A DNA stretch of 33,573 nt, taken from the IMG/VR virus record IMGVR_UViG_3300023205_000110. One strand, given 5' to 3'. Below, in pieces: positions 10,017 to 16,968 of this stretch (position 1 is its first letter; each line of letters starts with the position of its first letter). This stretch comes from an uncultured virus (IMG/VR IMGVR_UViG_3300023205_000110). Lineage: Duplodnaviria > Heunggongvirae > Uroviricota > Caudoviricetes > Crassvirales. The notes under the pieces were generated by a model that had not been told where the DNA came from, searched no databases, and saw only the letters and a list, made by a program, of their open reading frames with translations. Position numbers and translations under genes: made by a program.

Positions 10017-10172
10017 ATGAAAACAAACAAACCATTGTTGTTAGTTGCCATCATACTGATGATGCTAGCTATCATACTAGCATTGAAAGTAGAGCCAACT
10101 AGTGATGAACAAATTACTGCTGTTGTATTTGGAATACTATCGGCTATTGTTAGTTATCTTAGTAGAGATTAA
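10017..10172 (+). CDS. Small two-TM membrane protein (51 aa)
   Basis: Read manually as MKTNKPLLLVAIILMMLAIILALKVEPTSDEQITAVVFGILSAIVSYLSRD. Confidence 0.65.
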   Translation: MKTNKPLLLVAIILMMLAIILALKVEPTSDEQITAVVFGILSAIVSYLSRD

Positions 10173-10279
10173 TCTCTACTAGATGATGTTGCTCATTATC
10201 AACATTAAATACTTTGCAGTTGAAACGAAAACAACTGTCAGTAATGCTACTGATTAGCGTAATTAAATACTTAATAGTC

Positions 10280-11062
10280 ATGCCAGACGTTAAAGATTTA
10301 GCACAAGCTGCACAAGGTGCTGCTGCTCCTGAGAGTGTTAATGTAGTTGAACCAACTACTAGTGTTAATCAACCTGTTCAACCTACTGTTGATACAGATA
10401 ACAAACCTGTTCAATCTACTGTTGATACAGATAACCAAAGTTCTGCGCAAGTGGAAACCATTGATGATGTTGTTAGACGCATCTGTACTGATGGTCATAG
10501 TTATGTAATGACTACTGTCATTACTAATATTGATTGTCAAGAACGTACAGGTCGTAATGGCAAGTCTTATCTCAATGCGTTTGTTACTATTGCTAGTCCT
10601 GTCAAAGGTGCTCAAAGTATGCCTGATGGTACACATCGAATGGGTATGCTTGGTGCTGTTCAGATGCCATTCAATCAGATACTGCTTGTAATGCGCAAAG
10701 ACAAGTTCTACGGTAGATTTGTCAACTATGTTGGCGAGGCTGCTGAAGCTGGCTTTGCTAGTATGTATCTGACTGGTGTTGCTGTCAAAGTTCTTTGCCA
10801 GTTTGTACCTGCTGGCGTACAAGACCGTAATCCATTTACTCGTAAAGACAATCTTTACAATGTTGTGGATTATGATAGATATGTATATCATATTGTAGGT
10901 ATCGAACAGCCTGCTGACCCTGTTCTTGTTGGTGCATATAATGTGCTTATCAAGCAGATTATGGAGGACGCTCGTGCTGCCATTGCTGCCAAGCGTGAGG
11001 CTAAAGCTAAAGCGGCTAGTTTTGTTGCTACTGCAATGAGTGATGACGATTTGCCATTCTAA
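10280..11062 (+). CDS. ssb: Single-stranded DNA-binding protein (crAss-type)
   Basis: Acidic C-terminal tail SDDDLPF and a beta-rich core. Likely start is ATG 10280. Contains a 33-bp in-frame tandem duplication at 10371-10435. Confidence 0.75.
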   Translation: MPDVKDLAQAAQGAAAPESVNVVEPTTSVNQPVQPTVDTDNKPVQSTVDTDNQSSAQVETIDDVVRRICTDGHSYVMTTVITNIDCQERTGRNGKSYLNAFVTIASPVKGAQSMPDGTHRMGMLGAVQMPFNQILLVMRKDKFYGRFVNYVGEAAEAGFASMYLTGVAVKVLCQFVPAGVQDRNPFTRKDNLYNVVDYDRYVYHIVGIEQPADPVLVGAYNVLIKQIMEDARAAIAAKREAKAKAASFVATAMSDDDLPF

Positions 11063-11069
11063 TGAACAT

Positions 11070-11099
11070 AGTGCTACTGACCTTCGGGTTGGTAGCACT
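11070..11099 (+). terminator. UUCG-capped hairpin after ssb
   Basis: AGTGCTACTGACC-TTCG-GGTTGGTAGCACT. No clear U-tract, so it may be a stabilising or processing hairpin instead. Confidence 0.55.
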
Positions 11100-11266
11100 G
11101 ATGTTATCAACAATAGTTTTGTTGATGCTGTTGCTAGTGTTCAACATGGAAATGCTCATCATCAACATTAAATAGATTGCAGCAAACGAACTTAACAGTC
11201 TGATAAGACTTATCAACCAAGACCTAGCTGCAAGTTCTGATAAGTCTTATCCTAATATTAAACATC

Positions 11267-11572
11267 ATGAAAGTACATCGTATTATTACTACTATTGAAG
11301 TTGAGAATGATAATTCTATTACTTCTGTTGAACTTACTAAACTTCATCCTACTAGTGATTGTATTCTTCTTGCTATTACTAATATTACTACTAATGGTAA
11401 TGCTGAAGATATAACAAAAATATATGATAGTGTTAATAAGAGCAGACTTGGTATTGCTGGTAAATTAAAAGGTATCGCTCGTATTATTGATAATAGTCTT
11501 GATGGCCATGATTATAATGTAGTTACTGATGATAATTCTACTAATGAAATTAATGATGATTTACTCCTATAA
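11267..11572 (+). CDS. Hypothetical protein
   Basis: 101-aa ORF with an A-rich leader and an acidic tail. Confidence 0.7.
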   Translation: MKVHRIITTIEVENDNSITSVELTKLHPTSDCILLAITNITTNGNAEDITKIYDSVNKSRLGIAGKLKGIARIIDNSLDGHDYNVVTDDNSTNEINDDLLL

Positions 11573-11619
11573 CATTTTGTTATACTGATATTGGTCATGG
11601 AGATTTACTCTCATAACAA

Positions 11620-12060
11620 AAAGTTATAGAGGTGAAATTAGAGGTGACGAGAGGTATTGAATGTGGAGAAAGAGGATATGGAGATGAAAGTGGTGAATGT
11701 GGATTTCGTGGAGAATGAAATGGTGGAGATGGATGTGGTTCAAATAGGGTTAAATTGAGGTTGAATGTGGAGATGAGAGTGAGTTTGGTAGTGGTGAATG
11801 TGGAATTGAATGTGGAGATGGTGATGCTAAAGAGACTAGTCCCACTGCCATTCTTCCTAATCCTCTTCATCCTATTAATAACACTCCTAATAATCAATCT
11901 AAACCTATTGTTCCAACTCCTTCTCTTTCTCTCCTATAACTTCTCTTTCTCTCCTATAACTTCTCGTTATAACTCCATAACTTTTCATTATAACCACTAT
12001 AACTATTAGTTATACTATCATCTTCTCAATCTCATTCATTATAACCTTTGGTTATACCAT
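11620..12060. repeat. Low-complexity purine-rich then pyrimidine-rich tract
   Basis: Several GAATGTGGA copies in 11659-11820, then a CT-rich run with TTCTCTTTCTCTCCTATAAC twice (11921-11960). Confidence 0.75.
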
Positions 12061-12463
12061 CATCATCAACATTAGTTTTGACATCAGCTTTAACTCTAGT
12101 TTCGTCATGAACTTTATCGTTAAGCCCAGTATTAAGACTAGTCCTAACAGTATTATCAAGTCTAATAAGACTTCTAGTCATAATGACCAATAGCATTAGT
12201 TCTAGCTAATAATAGCACTATTAATACTATCAGTATTATAATTACTATTAATACTAGTCATGCTAATATTACTGGTGGTATTACTAATGATATTCTTAAT
12301 ATTCTTGATATTACTGATTCTCTTTATACTAATGATACTCTTGATACTATTGATATTTATTATACTCGTGGTAAATTAATTCCTATTGCTATAATGATTT
12401 TAGTTATTTTAATATAGCTATTGATTATTAGTTAGAATTATAGTATAAATAAATTATAATATA

Positions 12464-12494
12464 TTTGGAGTATTATATTTAATTATTATATTTG
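12464..12494 (+). promoter_or_regulatory. Bacteroidota-type sigma70 promoter
   Basis: TTTG (12464-12467), 19 nt, TATATTTG (12487-12494), upstream of ORF 12559. Confidence 0.75.
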
Positions 12495-12558
12495 TCGTGT
12501 TGTTCAGTAGAGTAATATTGCTACTGATAATAATATTAATCTTAAACTTATAAGTGTT

Positions 12559-13185
12559 ATGGTAAATTTTGATAATGTTACTAGTAATGTTCAATCTAAG
12601 CCTAGAAAGAAAACTATGGCTGAAAGTTTAGAAGAAGCTAAACAAGAAGGTAAACTTGTTGTTCCTGAAGAAGATACACAAGTTAATGCTGTTGTTAGTA
12701 GTGAAACTGTTCAGCCTAAGAATAAAGCTAGGAAGAAGAAACAAAGTAAAGTTCGTAAACAGGAAGAACAAACTACTGTTGTTAGTCAAGCTAATGAAGA
12801 TAATGATTTTAAAGATGCTAAGACTGATAAACGTGGTGTTCCTGTTGGGATTAATGTTCCTCAACATATTCTTGATGTAGTTTGTATTGTTAAATTCAAT
12901 GCTGCATTTAGACGTCATACTTCTCTTAATATTCTTCATGCTCTTGAAGATGATGGAAGAATATGTAATTCTAAAGGTGCTTATGTTGACTTCTTATGGA
13001 ATAAGTTTAGAGTTACTGCTGATGGTGGACTTCGTAGAGAATATAGATATACAGATGATTTATTCATTGATGCTTTAGTTAAAGCTCATGCTGATGTTGC
13101 TAGTGATAGTCAGCGAGTTATTGGTATTATGATTGATACTGAAACTGAACTTCATAAAAAGAATAAAGATTCTGAGGCTAGTTAA
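12559..13185 (+). CDS. Hypothetical protein
   Basis: 208 aa with a charged, disordered N-terminal half. Confidence 0.8.
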   Translation: MVNFDNVTSNVQSKPRKKTMAESLEEAKQEGKLVVPEEDTQVNAVVSSETVQPKNKARKKKQSKVRKQEEQTTVVSQANEDNDFKDAKTDKRGVPVGINVPQHILDVVCIVKFNAAFRRHTSLNILHALEDDGRICNSKGAYVDFLWNKFRVTADGGLRREYRYTDDLFIDALVKAHADVASDSQRVIGIMIDTETELHKKNKDSEAS

Positions 13186-13350
13186 GTTTGTAGTATAGAC
13201 TCCCCGTAGAGGATGGATAGTGCTGTTGAGCTTGTTAAAGCTAATTCTCATCTGCTTGCCATTTTTATCCATTTTGTTTATTGGGTTTGTTATAGTTAAC
13301 ACGTTGATGATAACTATCCTCTACTCGGAGTTTATTTTATATATAAAGAT

Positions 13351-13530
13351 ATGGAAAGAACTGATATTTATTTTGTTGAAGATGATACATATTTCAATAA
13401 TAATGTTGAAGGTGTTGAAATTCATGCAGAATGCCTAAGTCAAGATTTTGACGATATTGCTTGGGAACCAATAGTTAACGATAGTCCTATTGTTGACCCT
13501 GAAAATGATGTTTTTGGTTATTATGATTAA
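13351..13530 (+). CDS. Small, very acidic protein (59 aa)
   Basis: Read manually as MERTDIYFVEDDTYFNNNVEGVEIHAECLSQDFDDIAWEPIVNDSPIVDPENDVFGYYD. Ends 12 nt before the next gene. Confidence 0.7.
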   Translation: MERTDIYFVEDDTYFNNNVEGVEIHAECLSQDFDDIAWEPIVNDSPIVDPENDVFGYYD

Positions 13531-13542
13531 ATAAATAAAATT

Positions 13543-14115
13543 ATGGAAAATATTAATATTAAAGTTATTCTTGATGAAGTTTTTGGTAAATCTTGTGATA
13601 GTATTACTTGTGATACCTGTAAATATAAAGAAGATTGTAATCTTCTTAATAAATTCATTAATGATATTAAAGATAAAGGTTTATCTCCAGACCAATATGT
13701 TAGAGGTTTAGCTTTATTTGTATATGTTCTTAAAGAACAAAAATATATTAATGATTTTGGTAAAACTCAAGAAGATATTATTAAACTTGTTACTGAAGAT
13801 GGATTTGAACTTGATTGGCTTATTAATCGTTGGGATAGTATAATTGAAGATAAAGATATTCTTAAACCTATTATTGCTGTTTTTCCTAAATATGCTAAAG
13901 ATATGATTATTAATATTGTTGAAGCTAATACTAAAATTAATCATTTTATAAGTCAACATATTGTTGATAGTTCTTATAAAGAACGTAATGAAATTATTAA
14001 AATGGTTAATCAATCTGTTGATAATAATAAACAAGAGAATAAGTTTAAGAATGTTAGTGATGATGAAATTTATGCTGAACTTAAACGTAGAAAAGCAAAT
14101 AAATCTGCTAAATAA
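13543..14115 (+). CDS. Hypothetical protein with an N-terminal Cys cluster
   Basis: 190 aa containing CDSITCDTCKYKEDC. Confidence 0.8.
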   Translation: MENINIKVILDEVFGKSCDSITCDTCKYKEDCNLLNKFINDIKDKGLSPDQYVRGLALFVYVLKEQKYINDFGKTQEDIIKLVTEDGFELDWLINRWDSIIEDKDILKPIIAVFPKYAKDMIINIVEANTKINHFISQHIVDSSYKERNEIIKMVNQSVDNNKQENKFKNVSDDEIYAELKRRKANKSAK

Positions 14116-14457
14116 TCCCACATAATTTTGATTGTATTTCTAACACTATTGTCTGTGAAGATAATAGTATTATTTCACTTGCTGATGATGGAGGAATTGA
14201 ACTCCGAAACTATGATATTGTTATTATCCGTTTTAATTTCTAATTGTAACTTTTGTAATAGTACGGTCTGTGAAGATAGTGCTATTAATATTTATCATAG
14301 TCCAAGTGTTATATGTCATATTTGATTTGGTGTTAATAATGTTATTATTGATTGTGAAATTAGTAATAACAATGTCTGTGTCAAACATTTCGTTTTATAT
14401 GATTTCGTATTTGTAGTTTTGCCTAGCATTGTCTGTGAAGATAGTGCTAGGCTTTTT
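14116..14457 (+). ncRNA. Structured RNA array: four GUGA-tetraloop hairpins with U-rich spacers
   Basis: Hairpins at 14145-14168, 14256-14287, 14340-14371 and 14421-14452. Stems differ in sequence but keep pairing, with G-U wobbles on the + strand. The last is followed by TTTTT. Confidence 0.75.
14176..14308 (+). ncRNA. Type I hammerhead ribozyme
   Basis: Stem I CACUUG/CAAGUG, core CUGAUGA plus one extra U, stem II GGAG/CUCC, GAAA, stem III CUAUGAUA/UAUCAUAG, GUC cleavage triplet at 14300-14302. Confidence 0.85.
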
Positions 14458-14493
14458 AGTATGTATATTATTAACTTTAAATATATAATTAAA

Positions 14494-14856
14494 ATGGATA
14501 ATTATGATTCTTTTATTTTTGATGGTCTATTAGATAGATACATTGAAGAACAAGCTAAGTTTAAAAAAGGACAAGTAGTTTATATGGAATATACTTATCA
14601 ATATCATAATCAAACTAAGCTTGGTGTTTGTGTTGGTATTGTAACCGAAGTTGGAATTACTAAAATCGAACGTACAGTAGGTAATAATAAATATATTAAT
14701 TATCCTATTGTATATACTGTAACTCATGCTAAAGGTGTTAGTCGTTGTGTTAGTGAATGTAAACTTGGTTCTGTATCTGAACATATTCTTAAAGAACGTC
14801 TTAAACGTGATGGTAAGAATAATGAACAAAATGCAGAGCCTACTAGTAATGACTAA
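14494..14856 (+). CDS. Hypothetical protein (SH3/KOW-like pattern)
   Basis: Likely start is ATG 14494 (MDNYDSF). Contains KFKKGQVVYM...GIVTEV. Confidence 0.75.
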   Translation: MDNYDSFIFDGLLDRYIEEQAKFKKGQVVYMEYTYQYHNQTKLGVCVGIVTEVGITKIERTVGNNKYINYPIVYTVTHAKGVSRCVSECKLGSVSEHILKERLKRDGKNNEQNAEPTSND

Positions 14857-14880
14857 CTATTTATGTTCATAATACATTCA

Positions 14881-14973
14881 TAGATACGGTTCTTTTGCTC
14901 TCTGTTGAATTTTCATATATAATCTGATTAATCTATCACGATTAATATTGAGTTCAATACAGGGCAAAAGAAC
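14881..14973 (+). repeat. Intergenic element copy 1 (long hairpin with core TGATTAATCTATCACGAT)
   Basis: Arms GTTCTTTTGC (14889) / GCAAAAGAAC (ending 14973). The core recurs at 29636-29653. Confidence 0.7.
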
Positions 14974-15015
14974 TAGCTAATAAATGTTAAACTAAAAATT
15001 TAATACAGTTTTATT

Positions 15016-15588
15016 ATGAATTATATTACTTATAAACAAATTGATGGTACTATTACATCTGGATTTAAAGTTAAACTTTATGATATAGTTACTTTGAATA
15101 CTGGCTATTGGAAAGATAAACTTGCTATTGTTCTATATATTAATGAGGATAAAAAACAAATTAAAGTTCGTATTATTGAATGTGGTATGAACTTAACTCT
15201 TAAAGTTAAAGATGTTCAATTTGTTAATCATAATAATAGAACTGCTGCTCGTTCTTATATTGATTTATGTAATAAACTATCTAAAACCTTTCGTGATAAA
15301 TATACTGATAAACAGTATATAAAAGATAATTGGTTTACTGATAAGTTTATTATTAATGATATAACTGCTGATACTATTGCTAAAGGTATTGGTCAATATA
15401 TTACTAATACTGATAGTGATAGATATTCTGTTAGTGCTATTATGTGGCTTAGTGATATTAAAGATTATATAGATGCTTTACTTAAATATGGTGATTTTGA
15501 TTTTGTTGCTAAAGCATTTAAAATTTATAATATTACTGATACTAGATTTGAACTTATTCGTAAACTTTATCATTATTTCTATGATTGA
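15016..15588 (+). CDS. Hypothetical protein with a KOW-like N-terminal domain
   Basis: YDIVTLNTGYWKDKLAIVLYINEDKKQIKV fits the KOW pattern. Confidence 0.7.
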   Translation: MNYITYKQIDGTITSGFKVKLYDIVTLNTGYWKDKLAIVLYINEDKKQIKVRIIECGMNLTLKVKDVQFVNHNNRTAARSYIDLCNKLSKTFRDKYTDKQYIKDNWFTDKFIINDITADTIAKGIGQYITNTDSDRYSVSAIMWLSDIKDYIDALLKYGDFDFVAKAFKIYNITDTRFELIRKLYHYFYD

Positions 15589-15859
15589 AAATGTTTCTCA
15601 TTTTATACTTGGTATGATATTTGGTTTATCTGTATATCTTTTTATAAGAATTACCATTGTTAGTAAAAAACTAGATAGACTTATTAGAGATATTAATGAT
15701 ACTCAAAATTGGATTAGAAAGATTCAAATTGATATTTGCGATATTAATAAACAATGGGAAGTTAAAAGAGATAGAGATAGAAATAGACTAGATAGAATTG
15801 AAGATAGGATTGGTAAACTTGCTAGTGATTTTAATGATATTATTAGAAAGAAAGTTTAA
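15581..15859 (+). CDS. Membrane-anchored coiled-coil protein
   Basis: Likely start is ATG 15581, overlapping the previous stop. TM segment FILGMIFGLSVYLFI. Confidence 0.7.
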   Translation: MIENVSHFILGMIFGLSVYLFIRITIVSKKLDRLIRDINDTQNWIRKIQIDICDINKQWEVKRDRDRNRLDRIEDRIGKLASDFNDIIRKKV

Positions 15860-15954
15860 TGGCTAGCTTGCTTCCATCCTCTACGGGGAGTCGCCACGGA
15901 GCGTAGCGTAGTGGCTCTACTAATCTTAATGTTATTAATTTAAATACTATTGAT

Positions 15955-16143
15955 ATGAGTGAAAGTGTTGATTTGATATTACTTATTACTATTTGTTTTA
16001 TTATATTAATTTCTCATGTTAGAGCTAATTATCTTATTTCTAATGGATATGACAGTGGTGAGGAACTTAATAAGGCTATTGTAAGAGATATTGCTATTGT
16101 TATAATTTATCTTTTTATTAAATATATAATTATTAATCTTTAA
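15955..16143 (+). CDS. Small two-TM membrane protein
   Basis: 62 aa with two hydrophobic stretches. Confidence 0.55.
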   Translation: MSESVDLILLITICFIILISHVRANYLISNGYDSGEELNKAIVRDIAIVIIYLFIKYIIINL

Positions 16144-16158
16144 AAATGTAAAGTACTT

Positions 16159-16491
16159 ATGAAAAAGTATGATGAAGTTTCTGTTGTTCGTCAACTTAAC
16201 AATGTTGACGCTGTTATTGGAATCAATCCTGCTAGTAAAGTTATTAAAGTAGCTAAAAATAGTTCTATTGGTAATGGAACTAGTGGTAAGATTGATTTTC
16301 TTTCTCATTATTGTGGTTATCATGTTGAGATTGTTGATGTTATTCAACAACAAAAAGAACGTGATGAAGAAATTGCTGCTAAGAAAGCTGCTAAAAAGGC
16401 TGCTCGTAAAGCTAAATTTGCAGAGGATAATACTTTTAAAAGTATTACTCGTGCTGTTGATAAACGTATGCGTACTATTAAAAGAAAGTAG
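16159..16491 (+). CDS. Hypothetical protein with an Ala/Lys-rich helix
   Basis: 110 aa containing AAKKAAKKAARK. Confidence 0.8.
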   Translation: MKKYDEVSVVRQLNNVDAVIGINPASKVIKVAKNSSIGNGTSGKIDFLSHYCGYHVEIVDVIQQQKERDEEIAAKKAAKKAARKAKFAEDNTFKSITRAVDKRMRTIKRK

Positions 16492-16497
16492 TATGCT

Positions 16498-16968
16498 ATG
16501 GTTAGCTTTAAATTCTCATTTGGAGTTGTAGGTAAATCCAAAGAGAAAGGAATAGTCAATAAATATGTTATTATAGTTGCCAAATGTGAAGGTATTATTA
16601 GATATATTGATGGTACTTATAAAGTAGAATACAATGGCAAACTATATAGCATTACAGGTGAAAGTTACAGAACTAAAGGAAAGAAAGTTGTTTATGCTCG
16701 TCGATTAGATAAATATAATCATAGAATTAAAATTATAAGAGATAGTGAAAATAGAAAAACTGTTGACACTAGATTTTATATTCCTTTTGCTGCTGGACTT
16801 ATAGCTAAAGGTAAAATTGTTAAAATGCCTTTTGCTAAGGAATTGTTTCATATTACTACGTGTTATAATCGTGGTGATAGTGAATCTACTATTTTAGCTT
16901 TTCAAGAATGGAAAGAATATGAAGATAAAGTTAAAAATAATCTTATTGATGTAAACAACGAATTGTAA
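16498..16968 (+). CDS. Hypothetical basic protein
   Basis: 156 aa. Its stop overlaps the helicase start (TAATG). Confidence 0.75.
   Translation: MVSFKFSFGVVGKSKEKGIVNKYVIIVAKCEGIIRYIDGTYKVEYNGKLYSITGESYRTKGKKVVYARRLDKYNHRIKIIRDSENRKTVDTRFYIPFAAGLIAKGKIVKMPFAKELFHITTCYNRGDSESTILAFQEWKEYEDKVKNNLIDVNNEL

Larger units (their letters stand above)
9947..11175 (+). promoter_or_regulatory. Three copies of CTCATYATCAACATTAAATA upstream of consecutive genes
   Basis: Copies start at 9947, 10192 and 11155, ahead of the ORFs at 10017, 10280 and 11267. Confidence 0.6.

Noticed and set aside
11155..11240. Pistol or twister ribozyme suggested by UUAAAUAG and nearby stems
   Set aside because: The required pseudoknot and cleavage-site nucleotides could not be assembled.
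9685..12009. ORFs 9685-9906, 11595-11897 and 11755-12009
   Set aside because: They are translations of low-complexity repeat tracts.
14128..14388. ORF 14128-14325 (+) and a 51-aa minus-strand ORF at 14233-14388
   Set aside because: Non-ATG start or low-complexity product. The region is better explained by + strand RNA structure.
14116..14457. CRISPR array interpretation of the hairpin repeats
   Set aside because: The repeats share only a short loop-proximal core, spacing is irregular (about 80-115 nt), and there are no cas genes.
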